Shown here: positions 1 to 9,044 of the stretch, one piece after another | Layout: each line of letters opens with the position of its first letter | Numbering within the stretch: position 1 is the stretch's first letter | Source of the DNA: Candidatus Cloacimonadales bacterium | Lineage (GTDB): Bacteria > Cloacimonadota > Cloacimonadia > Cloacimonadales > JAFGVF01 | Direction: 5' to 3' | Assembly (NCBI GenBank): GCA_963662585.1 | Contig: OY759729.1 | Location: forward strand, 2,656,001 to 2,720,000 | Length of the DNA stretch: 64,000 nucleotides | Program-made: the position numbers and the translations under genes | The notes under the pieces: generated by a model | Seen by the model: the letters and a program-made list of their open reading frames with translations, nothing else | Database searches by the model: none | Told to the model about the DNA's origin: nothing

Positions 1-1315
1 TTTGCGAGCCATAAACTAGTAATCTTCGAGGGATGAAGATTAATTTTAGAACAATTTGATGAGATTTAATCTGTTGCTCTAAATAACTTACTGCTAAAGA
101 TATAACTTCGTTAACATCTAGCTCTTGCTTCTCAATAGCATTTTTATGTCGCCAGTAATATCTAATATGATTAACAATTTTACTTATTCTCTCAGTAGCT
201 TTTATTATGTACTCAATTCTTTCTCGATAGCCTATAGGTAAAACTTTCTCTTCATCATCTTTGTATATCATAGCTTGAGCATCAATCATGATAGCATTTA
301 AGGGTTGATTAATCTCATGAGTTATACCAGAAGCCATAACACCTAAAGAGGCCATTCTGATAGTTTTTTCATTATAAGAAATATTTGAATATTGACTTAA
401 TTTGTTTTTTCTTCCAGACTCAATTTCTTCCATCTTATCATTCAATTTGCTTAAGTATATCTTTTCAGTCAATGCTTGCCTTAACTCAGAGTAATGGAGT
501 GCTTTTTCCCAGTTTTTCGCTGTCTTATAAATTTTTATCGCCTCCAAATAGGAGAACCAAAGAATTTCATCTAGTGCTGATTCTTGAGAGATATCTATTG
601 CTCTTTGCAAGTATTCAATAGCATGATTATTGTCTAGTAATTGAGAATAAGCCTCTGCTATATTCAGGTAAGCGAAAACGCTTGTTCTCGCAGTGATTTC
701 CTTTGAATCTTCAATTATAGGCAAAAGAATATCGAGGGATTTCTGTGGCTCCGCTTGATTGTTGTAATAATTACTTAACTCCACAACAACACTAAAGAGT
801 TCTTGCTTATCATCAGATTGTTGAGTATAGTTATAAGCTTTAGTAAGTAGATTTAATGCTTCATCTGCTTGTCCACGACGGAGAATTAGATTAGCATAAT
901 TAATTATTATAGAACTATTCTGAGGTGCACTTTGGATTATTTTCTTATAAATTTCCAGAGCTTTGTTTTCTTGATTTGTCGCTGTATAGAGAGTAGCTAA
1001 ATTATTCATAACTTTAGCATAAAACACCGTATCTCTAAACTCATAATAGATTGAAGCAGACTCAATTAAATACTCTAAAGCTATTTCAAATTTACTTCTC
1101 TTATAATTTAATGTCCCTTCTCGAAAGAGAGCTAAAGCCCGAACTTGCTCCCAGTTAGGATAGTGAGCGTTCTTTATGATGTATTTATAGTAGGGAGAAA
1201 TTATTTCTTCATCAGAATCATCCCTAAAGAGCTCAATAATCTCCTTGGCGATATTAAGTTTTTTCAGATAATCTCTTTCAGATTTAAATCTATCTTCAAG
1301 TTTTATTATATTCAT
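1..1315 (-). CDS. TPR-repeat sensor histidine kinase (3' end runs off the window; absent from the ORF track)
   Basis: Manual translation from ATG at 1315 (GGAG RBS upstream): MNIIKLEDRF..., TPR-like helices (AKVMNNLATLY, AYLNIAEAYSQL), then HisKA H-box RMASLGVMASGITHEINQPLNAI; frame open to position 1. Confidence 0.88.
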   Translation of the reverse strand, partial: MNIIKLEDRFKSERDYLKKLNIAKEIIELFRDDSDEEIISPYYKYIIKNAHYPNWEQVRALALFREGTLNYKRSKFEIALEYLIESASIYYEFRDTVFYAKVMNNLATLYTATNQENKALEIYKKIIQSAPQNSSIIINYANLILRRGQADEALNLLTKAYNYTQQSDDKQELFSVVVELSNYYNNQAEPQKSLDILLPIIEDSKEITARTSVFAYLNIAEAYSQLLDNNHAIEYLQRAIDISQESALDEILWFSYLEAIKIYKTAKNWEKALHYSELRQALTEKIYLSKLNDKMEEIESGRKNKLSQYSNISYNEKTIRMASLGVMASGITHEINQPLNAIMIDAQAMIYKDDEEKVLPIGYRERIEYIIKATERISKIVNHIRYYWRHKNAIEKQELDVNEVISLAVSYLEQQIKSHQIVLKLIFIPRRLLVYGSQ

Positions 1316-1601
1316 CTTATCTCCGTTATTTAATCTTTGGGACTTATAACAATTTAATAATTTAACCTTAATGTGTCAAATTTTTATATTCAATACTTTT
1401 ACATCTAAGCTTAACTTTAATGAATAAAGAATTTTTAATATTTTTATGAAAAATCAAATGTCATAGATTGGTGAAAAGCTTTTCTAGGATGTGTGAATTT
1501 ATTGGCTAAAATTAAAATTAGTAAAGTTAATATTGAAAAGAAATAAAATTAATTGACAAAATTATCATTCTAGCTATTTTATAGTATATTGAGAGGAAAA
1601 T

Positions 1602-2060
1602 ATGAATAATAAAGAAAAAGATGAACTAAAAAGTTTTCATAACTATATGGCAACTAAGTTGTTTAATGACACTTGGGAATTATTAGATAAAGCTGATAGA
1701 AGCCTAGAAGAGGATGTACTTATGATTCATACAGCCCATGCTTCTTTATACCATTGGTTGCAATTTGGGGAAGCAAAGAACTTTTCTATTGGTGAATGGC
1801 AGGTTTCAAGAGTATATGCTGAATTAAAGATGGGTGAATCTGCTCTTAAACATGGAATTGCTAATGTGGACTTATGTAAGAAGAATAAACTAACAGGTTT
1901 TGAATTAGGTTATGCTTATGAATCTGTTGCTCGTGCATATAAGATATTAGGAAATGAAATAGAAAAAGACAACTATCTTAAAAAAGCAATTTCGGAAGCA
2001 GATAATATTATTGATGCTGAAGAAAAAGAATATTTAAAAAACGATTTAGAAACTATATAA
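1602..2060 (+). CDS. Conserved-looking hypothetical alpha-helical protein, 152 aa
   Basis: ORF with GAGG RBS and a TTGACA upstream; no motif I can assign. Confidence 0.75.
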   Translation: MNNKEKDELKSFHNYMATKLFNDTWELLDKADRSLEEDVLMIHTAHASLYHWLQFGEAKNFSIGEWQVSRVYAELKMGESALKHGIANVDLCKKNKLTGFELGYAYESVARAYKILGNEIEKDNYLKKAISEADNIIDAEEKEYLKNDLETI

Positions 2061-2074
2061 AAAAGGAGATTAAA

Positions 2075-3208
2075 ATGAAGAAATTTCTTATTTTAATGCT
2101 TGTTATGGCCTTGACCTTAATGTTTGTTGGTTGTGGGGATGACAATAATGACGACCCTGATGCAGTGACTAAAGTATCATTCAGAAATCAAACTAACGCA
2201 GATATTACTGTCGTAATTGATGGTATTGATGGAACTTTAATTGCAGGCGAAACATGGAATTACACTTTTGTAAATGCTACCTGGAATGATGATGATATGA
2301 TGGCTGTAGATTATACACTTAATGGCCTTTATATTAAGACTACTGACAGAACAGTAACAATTGAAAAAGATAAAACTGTTACAGTTAATGTTATAGCTGA
2401 AGGCGGAATTGTTGTCTTAAAAAATAATCATTATATTGATATTAACTCAGCTTTAATCTATCTTGCTAATGAAGCTCCTAGTGGTAGTAATAGTCTAGTA
2501 ACACCTTTAACTCCTGGTGACTCTGTCATGGTTCTTAAAGATGCTGAAAGCTATCGTGTTAGTCTTATGTTAGCTAATGGAACTTACGAAGCAATTGATG
2601 CTTTTACAGTTGCTGATAACCAAATGAGTTATGCTACTATTACTGCAGAAAAAATGTTAGCAATGGATAACCAAACTAATGGCGAAGTAACTTTCAGATT
2701 AGATGGTGGTTCTATTAATAGACTTAATGCTAATACTTCAGAAGATGTCATTCTAGGTGAAGAATATGGACTTCAAGTAGAAGTTTCTTATAATGGTCTT
2801 TATATCTTTGCAGGAACTGACACTTTCAACTTCTTTGATGGTACTACTTACGATGTTATTATCACTCCAGATGGTGGAGCTATTTATATCGTTAATGGTA
2901 CTAGTGATAATATCACTGAAGTTTATATTGCTCCTTCTTCTGATACCGAATGGGGTCCTGACTACATGAGTGGTACAATTGGTGCAGGTCAAGAGTATGC
3001 ATGGACTGTTCAAGCTGGTTCATGGGATGTTAAAATTGTTGATGATGCTGGTTTCTTTGCAGAAATCTTTGACATTCAAGTTACAGATAATCAATCTGAA
3101 TATGTCGATTATTCAGACAAAGCTAAAACTCGCGGAACTTCTTCTAATCTTAAGAACAAAGCTCACTACAACTATCCAGTTGGTGGAACAAAAGTTGAAG
3201 GTAATTAA
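2075..3208 (+). CDS. Lipoprotein with repeated beta-sandwich domains
   Basis: Signal peptide with lipobox LMFVG-C, acidic linker, repeated N-x-T-rich beta modules; AAGGAG RBS. Confidence 0.8.
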   Translation: MKKFLILMLVMALTLMFVGCGDDNNDDPDAVTKVSFRNQTNADITVVIDGIDGTLIAGETWNYTFVNATWNDDDMMAVDYTLNGLYIKTTDRTVTIEKDKTVTVNVIAEGGIVVLKNNHYIDINSALIYLANEAPSGSNSLVTPLTPGDSVMVLKDAESYRVSLMLANGTYEAIDAFTVADNQMSYATITAEKMLAMDNQTNGEVTFRLDGGSINRLNANTSEDVILGEEYGLQVEVSYNGLYIFAGTDTFNFFDGTTYDVIITPDGGAIYIVNGTSDNITEVYIAPSSDTEWGPDYMSGTIGAGQEYAWTVQAGSWDVKIVDDAGFFAEIFDIQVTDNQSEYVDYSDKAKTRGTSSNLKNKAHYNYPVGGTKVEGN

Positions 3209-3235
3209 TAGTTAATTACTGAACTATAAAAATAT

Positions 3236-3259
3236 AGGGTTGCTTAGGCAACCCTTTTT
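3236..3259 (+). terminator. Intrinsic terminator of the lipoprotein operon
   Basis: AGGGTTGC-ttag-GCAACCCT followed by T run. Confidence 0.85.
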
Positions 3260-3495
3260 GCTTGACCAGAATGTTTAGGTTTGCTAATTGAACAGCAAAA
3301 TAAATTCTAATAATTTCATATAAACTTTTAAGCTGTATTATTAAAATATACTAATATGATCCAATGATCCTTGGGATCCCACTATAATGGGCTTTTTAAG
3401 ACAAGGATAAAATGATATAATAAATCAAAAATGGCAAGGTATCACTTGTGTTTTTCATCTAAGGCAAAAAATAACTGAACCAAGTATCTAATCTA

Positions 3496-5802
3496 TTAAT
3501 CTTTTCTCTCTCTTATCTTTTTCAGTTTTCTACTTAGGGAATAGCTAGTTATTCCTAATAGTTCAGCTGCTTTTTTTTGTATTCCATTACTCTTAGATAA
3601 AGCTCTATTAATTATCCATTCTTCACATTCATCTAACCTTAAAGAAGGTAAATCTGGATAGTTATCACAAATCGAACAAGGAGCTTGTTGAATATTAATA
3701 GCATCTGCATCAAGAATAGAATCATGACACAGAATAAGACTCCTTTGAAGAATATTCTTAAGTTCTCTTATGTTTCCAGGGAATTTATAATTAACTAACA
3801 AGTCTAATGCTTCTTTTGTAATAATTGGTGTTGATCGACCTTGATTAGCACTTAATGTTTGAAGATAATAATCTACTAAGAGAGGAATATCATCCTGTCT
3901 TTCTCTAAGAGGTGGTAGATAAATTTCCATAACATTAATTCTATTTAGCAGGTCGAAGCGGAATTCATTACCCAAAGCCATTGTAGAAAGGTCTTTATTA
4001 GTAGCAGAAATTAAACGGAAATCAACCCTAATATCTTTAGTAGAACCTATCCGATGGATAATTTTCTCTTCAATAACTCTTAAAAATTTAGATTGCATTT
4101 TCAGGGGCATATCTCCAATTTCATCTAAAAATAGGGTTCCTTTATTTGCTGCTTCAAAATATCCAAGAGTTTGATTTGCAGATCCAGTAAAAGCACCTTT
4201 CTCACTTCCAAAGAAGGCACTCTCAATGAGGGATGTAGTAAAAGCTGCACTATTAACACTAATGAAAGAATTTTTTTTTCTTAAACTCGCATAGTGAATT
4301 AGACGAGCTATTGCTTCTTTACCAGAACCTGTTTCGCCAATAATGAGAACAGAAAGTCCATCGTTTTTAGCTACCATAAGAGCCTGATGGATAACATTTT
4401 GCATTTGACTATTACAGCCAATTAAGGGAATTTTTACCATTTTCTGTAACTCTTGAGAAATTAAAGATGTGCTTGTGTAGTTAGTGAGAGCCTTTCCATT
4501 TAAGATAGGCTTTTCATATTCCTGTTTTATGGCTTGGATTTCTTGATTATAAGCTTCATTCTTCACCTTCATTTCAAATTCGATTGATTTTTTATAATGG
4601 TCATAAGCTGCTTGAATATTTCCTTGCAGTTCATACACCTGACTAAGCAGAGCATGATTTTCAGCTAGCTTATCAAGAAGTTGGAGTTCTTCAGCAAGCA
4701 GTTGTGCTTTAGAAAAAGCATTCAAGGACTTGGGGTAATCATTCAAGCCTTTATAAGTTAATCCAAGTCCTTGAAGAATCCCTAATTTATGAAGTTTATC
4801 GTTTGTTTTAGAGTTTGCTTTATTAGCTTTAGTAAACCACTTGTAAGCTGAATTAAATTGTTTTTGTTTTATCTTAATGTTACCAATATTAATCATTATG
4901 CTTGCCATATCATTATAATAATTAAGGGTATTGGCACAAGAAAGGGCTCTCTGAAGGAGTTCTTCAGCTTTATTAACTTCTGTTAAAACACGATAACAAT
5001 TAGCAGAATTTATAGCTATAGCTATAAAAGTATCTGGGTCCTTGCTTTCCATTTCTGATGTTAGAAAAGGTTCTAAGTACATCAAGGCATCTTTATATTG
5101 TCCGATAGAACCATAAGCTATCCCCAAATTATTACAGATGGAAAAGTAATTATCACTATTCTCATCGTGAATTCTTTTCTTGGCTTCAAGGAAGAAATGA
5201 ATTGCTTGTTTTAATTTTCCTCGCATAGCTGATATTCTACCTAAACCACTATATGCTAAGGATAGAACTTCTTCATTTTGAATTTTCATTCCATATTGCA
5301 TTCCTAGTTGATAATATTGATATGCTTTATCTAAATTACCTGAACATTCATAGATGTAACCAACATTAGAATATCTTCCTGTTAAAGTACTTGTATTTCC
5401 TAATTTCTCTAGGATTTCAATTGATTTTTTCCCTTCATTAATAGCTAAATCAAGCTTATTCATCATCCATAAAATAAAACTTAAATCAGCTGTAATCTCT
5501 GCTAAATCGAGATTTGTTGCCAAGTGGGTTACATGCACATTATATTGTTTATAGATATCTTCAAAGTTATGACCTTTGGCATAATATCGTATAGCATGAA
5601 AAACTTGCAGGTAAGTTTTTGTTAGCAAGACTGAAATCTTTTCTGGTAAAATAGGATCAAAATTCAAATATTGCTCAACAATGTTAGTAATTCCTTTAAA
5701 ATGAAGATTATAGTCCATGCTTTCCAGTTTAATAATATTCTCCAATTTTTCATATAAATCTTCGATTTTCTCTAATCTACTCTTAGCTGATTTTTTTACC
5801 AT
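3496..5802 (-). CDS. Sigma54-dependent enhancer-binding protein: N-terminal TPR array, AAA+ domain, Fis-type HTH
   Basis: Walker A GETGSGKE, GAFTGS loop, Walker B LFLDEIG, FPGNIRELKN, C-terminal KAAELLGIT HTH; ~430 aa of TPR-like repeats and no receiver domain. Confidence 0.93.
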   Translation of the reverse strand: MVKKSAKSRLEKIEDLYEKLENIIKLESMDYNLHFKGITNIVEQYLNFDPILPEKISVLLTKTYLQVFHAIRYYAKGHNFEDIYKQYNVHVTHLATNLDLAEITADLSFILWMMNKLDLAINEGKKSIEILEKLGNTSTLTGRYSNVGYIYECSGNLDKAYQYYQLGMQYGMKIQNEEVLSLAYSGLGRISAMRGKLKQAIHFFLEAKKRIHDENSDNYFSICNNLGIAYGSIGQYKDALMYLEPFLTSEMESKDPDTFIAIAINSANCYRVLTEVNKAEELLQRALSCANTLNYYNDMASIMINIGNIKIKQKQFNSAYKWFTKANKANSKTNDKLHKLGILQGLGLTYKGLNDYPKSLNAFSKAQLLAEELQLLDKLAENHALLSQVYELQGNIQAAYDHYKKSIEFEMKVKNEAYNQEIQAIKQEYEKPILNGKALTNYTSTSLISQELQKMVKIPLIGCNSQMQNVIHQALMVAKNDGLSVLIIGETGSGKEAIARLIHYASLRKKNSFISVNSAAFTTSLIESAFFGSEKGAFTGSANQTLGYFEAANKGTLFLDEIGDMPLKMQSKFLRVIEEKIIHRIGSTKDIRVDFRLISATNKDLSTMALGNEFRFDLLNRINVMEIYLPPLRERQDDIPLLVDYYLQTLSANQGRSTPIITKEALDLLVNYKFPGNIRELKNILQRSLILCHDSILDADAINIQQAPCSICDNYPDLPSLRLDECEEWIINRALSKSNGIQKKAAELLGITSYSLSRKLKKIRERKD

Positions 5803-5822
5803 TCGTGCTCCTTATATAAAAA

Positions 5823-5856
5823 TGCAATTAATTGCAATAAATATTGCATAAACGCA
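5823..5856. promoter_or_regulatory. Chained TGCA palindromes, candidate enhancer (UAS) for the adjacent activator
   Basis: Perfect palindrome TGCAATTAATTGCA (5823-5836), overlapping TGCAATAAATATTGCA (5833-5848) and TGCATAAACGCA; 110-140 bp upstream of the predicted sigma54 promoter. Confidence 0.6.
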
Positions 5857-5964
5857 ATTATCAGTCAAGAAAAATGATGAATAACTTTTTTATAAGAAAT
5901 TAGAAAATTTGTAACATACTGTTATATGGAAAGATACAATATATTAACATAAGAGAAGTGCTTT

Positions 5965-5980
5965 TGGAATCTTCCTTGCA
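5965..5980 (+). promoter_or_regulatory. Sigma54 (-24/-12) promoter
   Basis: TGGAATCTTCCTTGCA: GG(5966-67)-N10-GC(5978-79) with TTGCA, 24 nt before the ATG at 6005, divergent from a sigma54 activator gene. Confidence 0.75.
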
Positions 5981-6004
5981 GTATTAATAGTAGGAGTGTA
6001 AATT

Positions 6005-6205
6005 ATGAAAGATAATGAAGCTTATGAAGTAAGTGACTTACATGAAAAATGGTTAGATGAGTTACATTGTTTAATTGGTTTTACTATTACTTATGCTAAT
6101 GGAAGAATAGATAATCAGTTGAGAAATTGCAACAAAGAAACTTATTTAAGAGAAAAAGCAAAACTTAATTATTTAAGAAAGAAATTTTTAAAAGAAAAAA
6201 ACTAA
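6005..6205 (+). CDS. Small hypothetical protein, 66 aa
   Basis: AGGAG RBS, first ORF after the sigma54 promoter, 10 nt before the next gene. Confidence 0.65.
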   Translation: MKDNEAYEVSDLHEKWLDELHCLIGFTITYANGRIDNQLRNCNKETYLREKAKLNYLRKKFLKEKN

Positions 6206-6215
6206 ATGGAGAAAA

Positions 6216-8861
6216 ATGATGAAAATTATCGTATTGGTTATGTTATTTTTACTTACAGTTGTTTCCCTCTTAGGAATTAATAGTGCCTTATATTTTGATG
6301 GACAAGATGATTATTTACAGGTAAACTCAATTAGCAGTAGCTTATTTCAAGAGACTTCATATACAATTGAATGTTGGTTTAAAGGAGATGATATTACCAC
6401 TTCTACTGGTAATCAAATCTTATGGGGAATCAATGGTCCTGTTTCTAATCCAAATACTAATATCCTGATGATTGCAGTTCACGGAAATGTTATAAAAATT
6501 TATGATGGGAACAATGTTAATTCTTATACAGGAACTTCAATTATTCAACCTTCTGTATGGTATCATATTGCACTTATGAAGTTTACTGATAATAGTTTCT
6601 CTTTATATCTCAATGGAATTGAAGAATTATCTGGTTCCCTAGTCACTCCGATTGCTAGCAATAGTACTTTTTCCTTAGGCCAAGAGTGGGATGCTAATCC
6701 TAGTGATTTCTTCCAAGGACAAATTGATGAATTTAGAGTTTGGAATAAGATATTAAGCCAAAATGAATTAAGACAAAAGTCTTACCTTGAGTTAGATGAA
6801 GATGAAACAGATTTAATAGCTTATTATAACTTTAATAACTCACTTGCTGATCAATCTGCTAATACTCACGAAGGCTCTTTCGTTGGAGGACCTATTCAAT
6901 ATCTTCCTTCCTCAGCAATATATGGAGCACAATCATGTTTAGCTTTTCACGGTAATACTGGGGATACTAGAGTAAACTGTGGTAATATAATTGATCCTAG
7001 TACCTTATCTTCTTTCACACTTGAATGCTGGGTAGAGCCTGATCTTTCTAGTGGAAGTCATAATAGAAGGTTGATAACCCAAGGTCCTTTAACATGGTTA
7101 GGTATAAATGTAAATAGAAATGTATACACAAATTTTCCTGATAACAATTCAATTATGATTAGCTCAACTGAACTAACTTATGGTATTTGGAATCATCTAG
7201 CTTTAGTATGGGATGGAGCAAATATTTCTTTATATATTAATGGTATTAAAGATGATATAACAGAAGCAGCTAACTCTCTTAGTTCCAATAACTCAGATGT
7301 TTACTTAGGATATGAAGTTGATTTTCCTTCAAATCACTACTGGGGGTTGATGGATGAATTAAGAATTTGGAGCATAGGCAAGTCAGGAAATCAGATTAGA
7401 GAAAATATGTGTAGAAATATTTCTGGTAGTGAAGCTAACTTACTTGCTTATTATAACTTTAACAATACTTCAGGCTCGATAGTGCAAGATTTATCTGGAA
7501 AATCCCATGATGGCACCTTGACAGGAAACTACTATTGGTTACCTTCTTCAGCTTTTAATATGCGTTTGGATACAATTGATAATTCTTGGTCAGAGGAATC
7601 TAATTGGTCAGATGGTATTCCTGACGAGAATGCTAATGTTGGAATTTATAATTGGGGTAATGAACTTGAATTACCAAATTCGCAAAGTTATAATAATTTC
7701 TATATTGCAAATGGTGTGACTATTTCCCTAGTATCTTCGATAGATATTACAAGTTCATTAATAATTGAGGGAAGTTTGAACTTAAATACCAATACTATTA
7801 ATCTTAACGAAAATGCCAATTTAATTGATGAAAACGGAATTTTATCTGCTGATAGTGGAACTATAGAAGCTACTATGGAACTTAATAATGTTAATCAAGA
7901 TATAGCTGGGTTAGGCATTACAATTTCAGAATCAAGCAATCTAGGCAATACTAGAGTAATTAGAGGACATAGAGCTTTAGGAAGTCAAGCAATTAATAGA
8001 TATTATCAAATTACATCTCAGAATCAACCAACTAATGCAAGTCTTGTATTTACTTATTTAGATTCTGAACTTAATGGACATCAAGAAAGTGAACTTAAGC
8101 TCTTTAAATCAGAAGATGGCGTAAATTGGATAGAGCAAAACTCTTCAATTGACACAGAAAATAATACTTTAACATTATCAGGTATAACTAGTTTCTCTTA
8201 TTGGACTGCAGCTCCAAGAGGTTCTGATCAAACCCTTCCTGTAACATTATCAACTTTCACTGCAGTTTATGAAGAGAATAAGGCAATTATTAAATGGGTA
8301 ACTCAATCTGAAAGTAATAATCTTGGTTGGAATGTTTATAGGGCAGAGATAGATGAGCAAACCCAAGCTATTAAACTCAATAACCAATTTATTCCTGGCT
8401 CTGGTTCAACTTCAGAACCAAGTAACTACCAGTACCAAGATGAATATCCTGTAACTTATGGGAATGAATATTTCTACTGGTTAGAAGCAATAAGCCTTAA
8501 TAATGAATTAACTTATCATGGTCCTATTAACTTAATAATTTCTCAAGAGGAATTTGAAGAATCTTCTCCTGAAATACCCCAAAATTTTGGTTTATTGCCA
8601 AATTACCCCAATCCTTTTAATCCAAGTACTACAATAGCTTTTGTGATGAAAGAAAGTGGAAAATATCAGATTAGTATTTATGATGTTAAGGGAAGAAAAG
8701 TGAGAAATCTATTCTCAGGTAATGTGGAAGCTAATGAATTACATAAAGTAGTTTGGAATGGTAAAGATTCACAAGATAAGGATGTCGCTTCAGGTGTCTT
8801 TTTCTATCGCTTAACAGGTCAAGGATTAACTCAAAATCGTAAGATGATTCTATTAAAATAG
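6216..8861 (+). CDS. Secreted protein with two LamG/concanavalin-like domains and C-terminal FlgD-Ig (T9SS-A-like) domain
   Basis: Signal peptide; two T(I/L)ECW...WxHxA...G(Q/L)(I/M)DE(F/L)R(V/I)W LamG motifs; TLPVTLSTF linker; NYPNPFNP...WNGKD...SGVFFY tail. Confidence 0.88.
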   Translation: MMKIIVLVMLFLLTVVSLLGINSALYFDGQDDYLQVNSISSSLFQETSYTIECWFKGDDITTSTGNQILWGINGPVSNPNTNILMIAVHGNVIKIYDGNNVNSYTGTSIIQPSVWYHIALMKFTDNSFSLYLNGIEELSGSLVTPIASNSTFSLGQEWDANPSDFFQGQIDEFRVWNKILSQNELRQKSYLELDEDETDLIAYYNFNNSLADQSANTHEGSFVGGPIQYLPSSAIYGAQSCLAFHGNTGDTRVNCGNIIDPSTLSSFTLECWVEPDLSSGSHNRRLITQGPLTWLGINVNRNVYTNFPDNNSIMISSTELTYGIWNHLALVWDGANISLYINGIKDDITEAANSLSSNNSDVYLGYEVDFPSNHYWGLMDELRIWSIGKSGNQIRENMCRNISGSEANLLAYYNFNNTSGSIVQDLSGKSHDGTLTGNYYWLPSSAFNMRLDTIDNSWSEESNWSDGIPDENANVGIYNWGNELELPNSQSYNNFYIANGVTISLVSSIDITSSLIIEGSLNLNTNTINLNENANLIDENGILSADSGTIEATMELNNVNQDIAGLGITISESSNLGNTRVIRGHRALGSQAINRYYQITSQNQPTNASLVFTYLDSELNGHQESELKLFKSEDGVNWIEQNSSIDTENNTLTLSGITSFSYWTAAPRGSDQTLPVTLSTFTAVYEENKAIIKWVTQSESNNLGWNVYRAEIDEQTQAIKLNNQFIPGSGSTSEPSNYQYQDEYPVTYGNEYFYWLEAISLNNELTYHGPINLIISQEEFEESSPEIPQNFGLLPNYPNPFNPSTTIAFVMKESGKYQISIYDVKGRKVRNLFSGNVEANELHKVVWNGKDSQDKDVASGVFFYRLTGQGLTQNRKMILLK

Positions 8862-8878
8862 AAAGCTGGGAGCACTCA

Positions 8879-8972
8879 CTGGGAATGCCTTCATCTTGCA
8901 GGCATCTTAACTGGGAACGCTTGCATCCTTGCAGGCATCTTAACTGGGAACGCTTGCATCCTTGCAGGCATC
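8879..8972 (+). repeat. Three tandem ~33-bp REP-like palindromic units
   Basis: CTGGGAACGCTTGCATCCTTGCAGGCATC(TTAA) at 8911 and 8944, variant at 8879; no unique spacers. Confidence 0.85.
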
Positions 8973-8988
8973 ATTTAAATAATAACAT

Positions 8989-9012
8989 AGAGCCTCGCTT
9001 ATGCGGGGCTTT
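8989..9012. terminator. Hairpin terminator between convergent LamG gene and uvrB
   Basis: AGAGCCTCGC-ttat-GCGGGGCTTT. Confidence 0.65.
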
Positions 9013-9044
9013 CTTACTATCTGCTTCAAACATATCCAATATCT

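Noticed and set aside
385..1333. Plus-strand ORFs 385-621 and 1145-1333
   Set aside because: Antisense shadows of the TPR-kinase gene
8879..8972. Mini CRISPR array, or the 60-aa ORF 8885-9067
   Set aside because: Head-to-tail units with no spacers; the ORF is just the translated repeat
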